Assembly: GCA_003453215.1 (NCBI GenBank)
Contig: DMMB01000069.1
Location: forward strand, 22,810-86,809
Length of the DNA stretch: 64,000 nucleotides
Reading direction: 5' to 3'
DNA from: Oscillospiraceae bacterium
Lineage (GTDB): Bacteria > Bacillota > Clostridia > Oscillospirales > Ruminococcaceae
Shown piece after piece: positions 39,118 through 48,117 of the stretch (positions are counted from its first letter, which is position 1; every line of letters starts with the position of its first letter). The position numbers and the translations under genes were made by a program. Below the pieces are notes generated by a model. That model was not told the origin of the DNA. It did not search any database and saw only the letters and a program-made list of their open reading frames with translations.

Positions 39118-40116
39118 GTGAATATCCGCGAGCTGGCAAAGGAAGCCGGCGTTTCGGTTGCCACCATCTCCCGCGTCATCAATCACCCGGAGGCCGTATT
39201 GCCGGAAACCCGCGAACGGGTGCAGTCTATCATTGAAAAATACAACTACGATCCCAAGCCGGTCAATCGTGGGCGGCGGTCGGTCGCCCTGCTGGTTCCT
39301 TCAGCCGCGTGGGCGCAGGGACTGCTCCTTGGGGTACAGTCGGTGTTGGCGCCTAAGGGAATTCTGGTCAATCTGGTAGAAACGGCGCCCCTATCCGGCG
39401 GCATGGCCGCCTGCATTCAGGCGGCGGCTGCGGCAAAACCCATTGGGCTGCTGATTGCCGGGGAGCCCTCCCTCTCCCCGGAGATGCTGCCAACCGAATT
39501 GCCGGTGGTGCTGCTGGGCAGCTATGACCACCTGGAAAATTGCAATATCTGCGGCATTAATTACAGCGATGCGGCCGAAAAAATGCTCTCGCACCTTTAT
39601 GCTATGGGGCACCGCTCCATCTGGCTGCTGCAAAGCAGCCGCAATCCCCCCGAAAAAGCGGCCATTACCGCCGGCTATCTTCGGGCGGCAGCGGTACTGG
39701 GCATGACCGATCGTCAGTGCCGCATTTTGGAGGGAGAGGACAGCGTCGCCGGCGGTTACCGCATCTGCCGGGAAGAAATTCTAACCGAAGATCCCCCTCA
39801 GGCCGTTTTTGCCGTCAGCGATGCCATGGCCATGGGGGTTATCAAGGCGGCGCGGGAGGAAAATATCCCCCTGCCGGAGGGGCTGGCCGTTGCCGGCTTT
39901 ACCGGCAGCGAAGCCGCCGCGGTTATCACCCCTGCCCTGACCACTATGGAGCACCCGCTGGAGCGGCTGGGCGCGGTGGCCGCCCGCCGTCTCATTGAAT
40001 TGGTGGAGGACAGCGCGCTGTATCAGGTGGAAACACACGAAATCGTACTAAAATCCAAGCTGAAGATCCGCCGCAGCTGCGGCAACCGCAAGGAAATCTA
40101 CGAGCTGTTCGAATAA
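39118..40116 (+). CDS. LacI family transcriptional regulator
   Basis: NIRELAKEAGVSVATISRVIN, AVFAVSDAMAMG, PALTT. Confidence 0.93.
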   Translation: MNIRELAKEAGVSVATISRVINHPEAVLPETRERVQSIIEKYNYDPKPVNRGRRSVALLVPSAAWAQGLLLGVQSVLAPKGILVNLVETAPLSGGMAACIQAAAAAKPIGLLIAGEPSLSPEMLPTELPVVLLGSYDHLENCNICGINYSDAAEKMLSHLYAMGHRSIWLLQSSRNPPEKAAITAGYLRAAAVLGMTDRQCRILEGEDSVAGGYRICREEILTEDPPQAVFAVSDAMAMGVIKAAREENIPLPEGLAVAGFTGSEAAAVITPALTTMEHPLERLGAVAARRLIELVEDSALYQVETHEIVLKSKLKIRRSCGNRKEIYELFE

Positions 40117-40129
40117 AGGAGGGTATGAG

Positions 40130-41251
40130 ATGTCGTTATCCGTCAACTTTATGGGCCTGCCGTTCAAAAATCCCATCATTGCCGCAGCCGGCCCCTGGTG
40201 CCGCGATGCCGCGGCCATGCAGAAAGCCATCGATGCCGGTGCGGCGGCTGTCGTTACCGAAACCATTACCCTGGAAAAAAGCCATATCGTCAGTCCGCGC
40301 GTCTTTTACCGACAGGGCGCAGTTTACAATACCACCCTGTACAGCACCATGACGCTGGAGGAAGTGGAGCAGGAAGCGGAACGCCTGCAAAAAGGCGACG
40401 CCTTCCTCATCTGCAATATCCGGGGCACAACGCCCTCGGAGCTGCGCTACCTGGCCAGCCGTATGCAGCGTTTGGGTGCCGATGCACTGGAACTGTGCTG
40501 TTTTACCCCCATCGGCACCAAGTTGGAAGACATCAGCATCCGGCCGGAGGAAGTGGGCGAAATGGTACGCGGCGTCACCTCAACGGTGGAAATCCCCGTT
40601 ATGGTGCGGCTGCCGCACCACGCGGCGCTCAATCCGGCCTTTGCCCGCCAAATTACCCAGAACGGAGCCCGGGCCATCAGCGCCATTGAATCCCTCGAAG
40701 GCATCAACGGCGTGGAGATTGAAACCGCCCGCTGTGAAATGGCCGCCATCGGCGGCTATACCGGCAGCCCCCTGCGGCCGCTTTCCCTGGCGGCTACGGC
40801 GGTGCTGCATCAGCTGGCCGATTGTGAAATTGCCGCCATGTGCGGGGTGGAAGATTGGCACAGCATCATCGAATTCCTGATGATGGGCGCCACCGTTGTA
40901 CAGATGGGTTCCGCCATTATGCTGCGGGGCTATGGGCATATTACCGAAACACTGCAAAAGCTGGAGAGCTGGCTGCAGGAAAAAGGCTATTCCGATCTTG
41001 CCGAACTGCGCGGTAAGGCGCTTTCCTCCCTTTCCGCCTTTGAGGAACTGCCGGAACGCCTGCTGCGGGCCAAAATGACGGCCCCCTGCGATGGCACCTG
41101 TCCCGATGGCTGTCCGGCGCGGTGCGTTGGGGCCTGCCTGTATGAAGCCATTTCGCTGGGGGCTGAGGGCATTGCCGTTGATGCAGCCGCCTGCACCGGC
41201 TGCGGCCTGTGTGCATCTCTCTGCCCCAAAAAGCTCTTCCTTATGAAGTAA
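40130..41251 (+). CDS. Dihydropyrimidine dehydrogenase PreA/DHODH-like FMN protein with C-terminal 4Fe-4S domain (divergent)
   Basis: LSVNFMGLPFKNPIIAAAGP, GGYTG..LRPL, EFLMMGATVVQMGSA, CTGCGLCASLCP. Confidence 0.82.
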   Translation: MSLSVNFMGLPFKNPIIAAAGPWCRDAAAMQKAIDAGAAAVVTETITLEKSHIVSPRVFYRQGAVYNTTLYSTMTLEEVEQEAERLQKGDAFLICNIRGTTPSELRYLASRMQRLGADALELCCFTPIGTKLEDISIRPEEVGEMVRGVTSTVEIPVMVRLPHHAALNPAFARQITQNGARAISAIESLEGINGVEIETARCEMAAIGGYTGSPLRPLSLAATAVLHQLADCEIAAMCGVEDWHSIIEFLMMGATVVQMGSAIMLRGYGHITETLQKLESWLQEKGYSDLAELRGKALSSLSAFEELPERLLRAKMTAPCDGTCPDGCPARCVGACLYEAISLGAEGIAVDAAACTGCGLCASLCPKKLFLMK

Positions 41252-41294
41252 CTCCCTGCCGGAGAGCCGCCTGCTCTCCGGTTTTTGCTTGTCA

Positions 41295-41445
41295 TTGATG
41301 TAACAATCAACAAATGTTACATCAAAATGTTGTCCAATCCGCTGAAATATTGTCAGAAACGCAAAAAACTGTTGAAATCTTGACGAATACTTGCTAAGAT
41401 GCAGATGTAACAAAGATTTATTGTTACATAGAGAAACAAGCGCTT
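41295..41445. promoter_or_regulatory. Operator cluster upstream of NCS2 permease
   Basis: TTGATGTAACA-N9-TGTTACATCAA (41295-325), ATGTAACAA-N7-TTGTTACAT (41405-29), CAAGCGCTTG (41436-45). Confidence 0.7.
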
Positions 41446-41478
41446 GATGTTACAAAATGATCTGAGTTTTGGAAGGAG

Positions 41479-42801
41479 TTGTCCCTTATGTCAAAGATCC
41501 CCGTTGGTTACGGGCTGAATGACTGCCCGCCCATCAAGGAAACGGTCCCGCTGAGTATCCAGCAGATCGTCGTTCTCGTTTTTAATGTACTGCCTGTTCC
41601 GCTGCTTATCGGTGCCGGCATCGGCCTTTCCGCCAGCGAAATTACCATTCTGGTGGCAGGCTGCCTGCTCGTCACCGGTATTGCCACCCTGCTGCAGACT
41701 ATCGGCGTTGGCCCCATTGGTGCCCGCCTGCCCATCCCGCTGGAGTGCAGCTTTGTATTCGTTGCCCCCGGCATTGCACTGGGCGCTCAGTATGGTCTGG
41801 CGGCCTTTACCGGTGCCTGCCTCGTCGGCAGCATCATTACCACCATTCTGTGGACCGGCCTGCATAAGCAGCTTTCCATTCTGTTTAAACCATATATCAC
41901 CGGCGCAGTTGTTATGGCCCTGGGCCTCAGCCTCTGCAGCGTTGGCATCGGCTACTGCGCAGGCGGTGTAGGCTCCGCCGATTACGGCGATCCCATCAAC
42001 CTGCTGCTGGCCGCCGGCACCATCATTATCATGGTTCTGCTCAATCACTTCTGCAGCAAGAACTTCCTTTCCAAGGCTTCTCCCCTTATCGCCATTCTGG
42101 TTATGAGTGCTGCCGCTGCTGCTTTCGGCAAGCTGGATCTCTCCCCCATTGCCGAAGAAGCCTGGATCCGTGTTCCTCAGCCCCTGCACTTCGGCATCAA
42201 GTTCGAGCTTGGCCCGATCATTTCTATCACCATCCTGTGCTTCATTGCCCTGGTTGAGCTGATGGGCGACCAGACCACCGCCTCCATGCTGGCGAAGAAC
42301 AGCCTGCCCAGTGAGCGGGAAACCCGCGGCGGCGTACTGGCTCAGGGTGTTGGCAGCGTTATTTCTTCTATGTTCAATATGGTTCCTGTCATCAGCGGCA
42401 GCGCCAATATCGGTCTGTGCGGTCTTTCCGGCGTTACCAGCCGCTTTGTCACTGCCATTGCCGGTGGCGTAGTTGCTCTCTGCGGTCTCTGCCCCAAGCT
42501 GTGTGCCGTATTCTCCTGCATTCCTTCTGCTGTCTTGGGCGGCGTTGCTCTCTCCGCCTTTGGTACCATTCTGGTTTCCGGCATGAACGTTATCCACAAT
42601 GGCGGTCCGCTCACGGCCCGTACCACCACCATCGTGGCCATTTCCCTGGCGGTCGGCGTTGGTTTCAGCGCGGCTTCCGATGCCTTGGTGGCTCTGCCTT
42701 TCTGGGCTTCCAGCCTGCTCAGCGGCGTGCCTGGCACCGCTATTGTTGCCGTCGTTCTCAGCCTCATTCTGCCTGAGAAAAAGGAAGAAAAGGCTGCCTG
42801 A
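41479..42801 (+). CDS. NCS2 (uracil-xanthine) nucleobase permease
   Basis: GIATLLQT.G.GPIGARLP, SFVF, ELMGD, ANIG..GVTSRF, IPSAVLGG. Confidence 0.92.
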   Translation: MSLMSKIPVGYGLNDCPPIKETVPLSIQQIVVLVFNVLPVPLLIGAGIGLSASEITILVAGCLLVTGIATLLQTIGVGPIGARLPIPLECSFVFVAPGIALGAQYGLAAFTGACLVGSIITTILWTGLHKQLSILFKPYITGAVVMALGLSLCSVGIGYCAGGVGSADYGDPINLLLAAGTIIIMVLLNHFCSKNFLSKASPLIAILVMSAAAAAFGKLDLSPIAEEAWIRVPQPLHFGIKFELGPIISITILCFIALVELMGDQTTASMLAKNSLPSERETRGGVLAQGVGSVISSMFNMVPVISGSANIGLCGLSGVTSRFVTAIAGGVVALCGLCPKLCAVFSCIPSAVLGGVALSAFGTILVSGMNVIHNGGPLTARTTTIVAISLAVGVGFSAASDALVALPFWASSLLSGVPGTAIVAVVLSLILPEKKEEKAA

Positions 42802-42824
42802 TCCGGCGAAAGGAGAGAAACATT

Positions 42825-44231
42825 ATGAAAACTGTACTGTACCAAAATGCCGATTGGATCATCACTATGGATGAGGAGCGTCACCGCTACCGCCATGCAG
42901 ATATGCTTGTCTGCGGCAAGGAGATCAAAGCCATCGGCCAAAACCTTAAAGATACCCTTGGCGATACCGTCACCATCGATGAAACCGTAGATGCCAGCGG
43001 CCGCGTCATTCTGCCCGGCTTTGTCAATACCCATCATCACACCTGGCAGACTCTTATCCGCAATATCAAGGCCACCCAGGGCCTGCGTCTGGAACCCTGG
43101 CTCACCACCATGTATGAGATCTACAAAGATCTGAATACCGATGTGGCTCGCGCCGGCGTTTATGTAGCGCTGGGCGAAGGCCTGAAAACCGGTATCACCA
43201 CCTCCAATGACCTGTGGTACCCCCATCCGGTCGGTGTCACCTGCCTGGTGGATGCCGAAATTGAAGCCGCCAAAGAACTGGGCATTCGCTTCCATCCGGT
43301 GCGCAGCTATCACTCCGTCACCAGCGATATTGTCCCGCCCGAAGTGGTGGACAGCATCGAAGGCGTTATGGGCGATGCCGAGCGTCTGGTGAAAAAGTAT
43401 CACGATCCTTCCCGTTTCTCGATGTGCCAGGTCGGCATCGGCCCCAGCATCGCTTATTATGAAACGGAAGAAATCGTCCGCGCCACCATCGATCTGGCCG
43501 AAAAGCTGGATATCAAAGTACATGGCCATCTGGCAGAAAGCCGCGGCGAAGTCGCCTTTGTGGAAGAGCACTATGGCTGCCGCCCCGCCGAATGGTTCCG
43601 CCGTCACGATCTTCTGGGCGATCGTTTCTACTACGCTCACTGCATCCACCTCAATGATGAGGAAGTGCAGCTGATGGCCGATACCAACACCGGTATTTCC
43701 ACCTGCCCCATCTCCAATATGTACCTCAGCTCCGGTTCCTGCCGCATCCCGGATCTGCTGCGTGCCGGCGTTAAGCGCTTCGGCATCGGCGTGGATGGCG
43801 CAGCCAGCAGCAACTCTGCCAACATGATGGAGGAAATTCGCGTCAGCTACCTGCTCAATCGTCTCAGCTGGGGCGATGACTCCATCGGCTGCGAGGATAT
43901 CCTGTACCTGGCCACGGCCGGCGGCGCTGCCGCCCTGGGCCGCGATGACATCGGTCATCTGGCGCCCGGTATGGCAGCCGATTTCACCCTCATGAACTGG
44001 GACCAGCTGCAGTATGCCGGCGGCTGCAATGATCCTGTGGATTGCATCGTCCTCAGTGGCGATGCCCGCATGATCGAAACCGTCGTGGTCAATGGCGAAA
44101 CCGTTGTACAGAACGGCCGCCTGACCAAAGTAAACGAGGAAGAAAAGCGGGATTATGCCGCTGCTGTGGGCCGCGAGCTGCTCACCAAAGCTTCCGCCCG
44201 TATCCCCGGGCTCAAGGCCGACCTCGTTTAA
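42825..44231 (+). CDS. Amidohydrolase, 8-oxoguanine deaminase/AtzB-like
   Basis: PGFVNTHHH..QTL.R, HGHLAE, AHCIHL, CPISN, GIGVDGAASSN. Confidence 0.9.
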   Translation: MKTVLYQNADWIITMDEERHRYRHADMLVCGKEIKAIGQNLKDTLGDTVTIDETVDASGRVILPGFVNTHHHTWQTLIRNIKATQGLRLEPWLTTMYEIYKDLNTDVARAGVYVALGEGLKTGITTSNDLWYPHPVGVTCLVDAEIEAAKELGIRFHPVRSYHSVTSDIVPPEVVDSIEGVMGDAERLVKKYHDPSRFSMCQVGIGPSIAYYETEEIVRATIDLAEKLDIKVHGHLAESRGEVAFVEEHYGCRPAEWFRRHDLLGDRFYYAHCIHLNDEEVQLMADTNTGISTCPISNMYLSSGSCRIPDLLRAGVKRFGIGVDGAASSNSANMMEEIRVSYLLNRLSWGDDSIGCEDILYLATAGGAAALGRDDIGHLAPGMAADFTLMNWDQLQYAGGCNDPVDCIVLSGDARMIETVVVNGETVVQNGRLTKVNEEEKRDYAAAVGRELLTKASARIPGLKADLV

Positions 44232-44325
44232 TCCTTTCTTTTCAATATCACCCCCTCAAATAACCCCTCTATAAAGCAAATACCCCCGGTACAGCAAAGC
44301 GCTGTGTTCGGGGGTATTGCTATGG

Positions 44326-44505
44326 TCAAACCGGCATCACGCTGCCAAACAGTTCCTGCAGAACCGCCCTGCGGCCTTCCCGGTCTCCTTTGGGCAGGGC
44401 ATTCAGCTGGCGGCAAAGCGTCATTGCCCGTTGTTTGCGGGCATCCACCGCCTCATCCCAGAAATCAAATTCCAGCCCGGCGTCCAGTTTTTCCAGCTCT
44501 GTCAT
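44326..44505 (-). pseudogene. Truncated maltose/sugar O-acetyltransferase (N-terminal Mac domain only)
   Basis: 59 aa, below ORF cutoff; RBS GAAGGAG; MTELEKLDAGLEFDFWDEAVDARK..A..LCRQLN...R..VLQELFGSV then stop, with no hexapeptide repeats. Confidence 0.7.
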
Positions 44506-44532
44506 TCTTCTTCCTCCTTCGCCGCTTTTGCT

Positions 44533-45138
44533 TTATCGGGGTACGGCATCGGCTTTCAGCCGTTTTTTCGCTCCGCTGATGTGATCCTGCAGCATTTGAT
44601 CTGCAAAAGCAATCAGCTGCTCCGGCGTTCGGTCTATCTCCTCCAGCAGCCAGCTTTCTACCATGCCGCTCAGCGCCACTACATAAAAATGCGTTACCAG
44701 GTCAATATCGGGCTGGGCATCGCCGCCCAGGTCCGCACCAATTTCTGCCCCCACCTGCTCCACAGTGCGGTGGATAATGGCATAAATATCGGTCTGGAAA
44801 AACCGCCGCAGGTGGTCGCGCCCTACCGAGCGCAGCGCACACAGGCACACAGTGCGGTTTTTCTCCAGATAGCGGAACAGCTGCAGCAAACCCTCCTGCC
44901 ACAGCAGCGTCCCCTCGTGCTGTTCCAGCAGCGAAACCGCTTCCTCCTGGAACATATACTGCATCAGGTCATAAATATCGGCAAAATGGTAGTAAAAATT
45001 CTGCCGGCGGATCCCGCAGCGGTCGGTAATATCCTGTATCGTGATCTTATCCACCGGTTTCTGTATCATCATCGCTTTCAAAGCGCTCACCATTGCCTGT
45101 TTGGTCTGGTCGGAGACAGCATAGGTCCGTTTTTCCAC
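44533..45138 (-). CDS. TetR/AcrR family regulator
   Basis: KITIQDITDRCGIRRQNFYYHFADIYDL HTH; GTG start after GAGGAGG. Confidence 0.9.
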   Translation of the reverse strand: MEKRTYAVSDQTKQAMVSALKAMMIQKPVDKITIQDITDRCGIRRQNFYYHFADIYDLMQYMFQEEAVSLLEQHEGTLLWQEGLLQLFRYLEKNRTVCLCALRSVGRDHLRRFFQTDIYAIIHRTVEQVGAEIGADLGGDAQPDIDLVTHFYVVALSGMVESWLLEEIDRTPEQLIAFADQMLQDHISGAKKRLKADAVPR

Positions 45139-45311
45139 GGCGGTTCCCTCCTCGCTTTTCGATGGCCTGATTATATAATAAAATTGAATTTTGGTCAAAT
45201 CCCCGCTTTTGTCACATTTTTGACATCGGCATTGTTTTTGTCCTTTGCATCTCCCCTGCCGGTGGCCTATTCTTTACTTTGTTATAATTCATTTCGGAGA
45301 GAAGGCTTGGA

Positions 45312-45632
45312 ATGACAGAATACCACATCGTGCTGGAAAGCCCGCTGGGGGAGCGTCAGGGGCTTTTATCCCTGCAGCAGCAAAATAATGATGCTGTCAG
45401 CGGCATCATTACCCTGCTGGGCTGCCGGAACCCCATCAGCGGCACCCGGCAGGGAATGGAGTACCGCCTGCGCCATTCCCTGCGCACCCTGCTGAATACC
45501 CTGGAGTGCGAAACCACTCTGCAGGCTGTGCAGGATACCATCACCGGTACCGTACAGGTTGGCCCGGTTCGTATGCCCCTGCATGGTCAGATTATTCAAA
45601 AGGAGGGAGATCCCCATGGAACAGCCGAATAA
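45312..45632 (+). CDS. Hypothetical small beta-rich protein
   Basis: First gene of the MMPL operon; overlaps the MMPL start. Confidence 0.7.
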   Translation: MTEYHIVLESPLGERQGLLSLQQQNNDAVSGIITLLGCRNPISGTRQGMEYRLRHSLRTLLNTLECETTLQAVQDTITGTVQVGPVRMPLHGQIIQKEGDPHGTAE

Positions 45633-48117
45633 CAAGCCCTCCTTTATGGTGCGGCTTGCCACCTTTATTGTGGATAAGCGCAACCTGTTTTTCCTCATTA
45701 CGGTCATTGGGCTTATTTTTTCGGCCTTTTCCCGCAACTGGGTTCAGGTCGAAAATAATCTGATTTCCTTTCTTCCCGATACCGCCAATACCAAAATTGC
45801 CATCAATCTGATGGAAGAACAGTTTACCACCTACGGCACCGCCGATGTAATGGTGGCCAATATCACGTACGCCCAGGCCGAAGAGCTGGCCGATCAGCTT
45901 GCGGAAATCAAGGGCGTGCAAAGCGTTTCCTTTGATGAAACCACCGATCACTACGCCAGCTCCTCCGCTCTTTTTTCGGTCACATTTTCGGCCGATGAGG
46001 ACGATGATGCCTGTCTGGTTTCGTTGGAGGCCGTCAAGGAGGCCCTGTCCGATTATGACCTCTACGTTTCCACCGATCTGGGCAACACCCTGCAGGAAAC
46101 CATTGCCAAGGAAGTCAGCATTATCATGGTCTACGTGGCCGTTATCGTCGTGGCAGTGCTTATTTTCACCAGCCAAACCTACGGCGAAGTTCCGGTTCTG
46201 CTGCTCACCTTTGTTACCGCCATGATCCTTAATCAGGGCAGCAACTTCCTGCTGGGCACCATCTCCTTTGTTTCCAATTCCGTTACCAGCATTCTTCAGC
46301 TGGCCCTTTCTCTGGATTACGCCGTCATTCTCAGCAACCGCTTTAAGGAAGAACGCAAGGCGCTCCCGGTGCGGGAAGCGGCCATTGCCGCCCTCAGCAA
46401 GGCTATCCCGGAAATTGGTGCCAGCTCCCTTACCACCATCGGCGGTCTGGCCGCCATGCTGTTCATGCAGTTCAAAATCGGCCCCGATATGGGCATCTGC
46501 CTGATCAAGGCCATTCTGTTTGCCCTGCTTTCCGTTTTCATTGTCATGCCGGGCCTGCTGGTACTGTTTGGCCCGCTCATTGAAAAAACCCGCCACAAGA
46601 ACTTTGTTCCCCGCATTTCTTTCGTCGGCAAATTTGCCTATGCCACCCGCAAAGTCGTTCCCTTTGTGTTCCTGGTTCTGGTGGCCGCCGGCTTCTATTT
46701 TTCCAATCGCTGCCCCTACGTATATGGGTACAGCTCCATCACCACTCCCAAGCTGAACGAAAGCCAGATTGCCGATAAAATGGTCAGCGAAACCTTCACC
46801 TCTTCCAATATGGTTGCGCTCATCGTTCCGGCCGGGGATTACGAAAAAGAATCCGCCCTGCTGAAAGAACTGGAAAGCTACGATGAAATTGACTATACCA
46901 TGGGCCTTGCCAATGTAGAGGCGATGGATGGCTATATGCTGGCCGATAAGCTCACCCCCCGCCAGTTTGCCGAACTGGCCGGGTTGGATTATGAACTGGC
47001 CCAGGTGGTTTATGCCGCCTACGCCACCGATCAGGGCGATTATGGCAAGCTGATGGGCAATATTTCCGCCTACCGCGTTCCCCTTATCGATATGTTCCTT
47101 TTCGTCTGCGATCAGGTTGATTCCGGCATCGTCACCCTGGAAGAAGAACAGAAAAATACCCTGATGGACGCCAAAGAGCAGATGGAAATGGCCAAAGCGC
47201 AGCTCTGCGGCCCGGATTACGATCGTATGCTGCTCTATCTTACGCTGCCGGTCAGCGGGGAGGAAACCTACACCTTCACCGATACCATCCATGATATTGC
47301 CCAAAGCTACTATCCCGATGGCAACGTCTATGTCGCCGGTGATTCCACCAATGAATACGATTTCCAGAAGTCCTTTGCCCGCGATAATATCGTCGTCAGC
47401 GTCGTTTCCATTCTTATTGTACTGGTGGTTCTGCTGTTCACCTTCCAATCCGCCGGTATGCCCATTTTGCTGCTGCTGGTCATTCAGGGCAGTATCTGGC
47501 TCAATTTCTCGGTTCCGGCCATCACCGGCACTCCGCTGTTCTTTATGAGCTATCTGGTTGTCAGTTCCATTCAGATGGGTGCCAATATCGACTACGCTAT
47601 TGTTATCGCCAGCCGCTATCAGGAAATCAAAAATAAGATGGACCACCGCAAGGCCATCATTGAAACCCTGAATTTCGCCTTCCCCACCGTCCTCACCTCC
47701 GGCGCCATTCTTACCGTTGCCGGTCTCCTTATTGGCCAGATGACCTCCGAAGCTACCATCGTCGGCATTGGTCAAAGCCTGGGCCGCGGCACCATTCTTT
47801 CCATGGTTCTGGTCATGTTTGTACTGCCGCAAATACTGCTCACCGGCGGTATCATTGCCGATAAAACCAGCTTCTCCATGCCCATTGCCTCCCGTCAGCG
47901 GGAAGCCTCCGGCCGCGTCTTTGTGGATGGCGCCGTCAGTGGCCGTATCAATGGTACCGTCAGCGGCATCATGCGTGCCAATATCGATGGGGAGGTCAAT
48001 CTTACTCTCATTTCGGGCAATGTCACCGAAGAAATCCCCACCCCGCCCCCGGCCCTGCCTCCGCAGGAGCCCGCCGCATCCGAAGCAAAGGAGGAAACTG
48101 GCCATGAAAAAGAATAA
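45616..48117 (+). CDS. MMPL/RND family transporter
   Basis: Two repeats with LQLALSLDYA and IQMGANIDYA motifs, large extracytoplasmic loops; ATG 45616 after AGGAGG. Confidence 0.92.
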   Translation: MEQPNNKPSFMVRLATFIVDKRNLFFLITVIGLIFSAFSRNWVQVENNLISFLPDTANTKIAINLMEEQFTTYGTADVMVANITYAQAEELADQLAEIKGVQSVSFDETTDHYASSSALFSVTFSADEDDDACLVSLEAVKEALSDYDLYVSTDLGNTLQETIAKEVSIIMVYVAVIVVAVLIFTSQTYGEVPVLLLTFVTAMILNQGSNFLLGTISFVSNSVTSILQLALSLDYAVILSNRFKEERKALPVREAAIAALSKAIPEIGASSLTTIGGLAAMLFMQFKIGPDMGICLIKAILFALLSVFIVMPGLLVLFGPLIEKTRHKNFVPRISFVGKFAYATRKVVPFVFLVLVAAGFYFSNRCPYVYGYSSITTPKLNESQIADKMVSETFTSSNMVALIVPAGDYEKESALLKELESYDEIDYTMGLANVEAMDGYMLADKLTPRQFAELAGLDYELAQVVYAAYATDQGDYGKLMGNISAYRVPLIDMFLFVCDQVDSGIVTLEEEQKNTLMDAKEQMEMAKAQLCGPDYDRMLLYLTLPVSGEETYTFTDTIHDIAQSYYPDGNVYVAGDSTNEYDFQKSFARDNIVVSVVSILIVLVVLLFTFQSAGMPILLLLVIQGSIWLNFSVPAITGTPLFFMSYLVVSSIQMGANIDYAIVIASRYQEIKNKMDHRKAIIETLNFAFPTVLTSGAILTVAGLLIGQMTSEATIVGIGQSLGRGTILSMVLVMFVLPQILLTGGIIADKTSFSMPIASRQREASGRVFVDGAVSGRINGTVSGIMRANIDGEVNLTLISGNVTEEIPTPPPALPPQEPAASEAKEETGHEKE

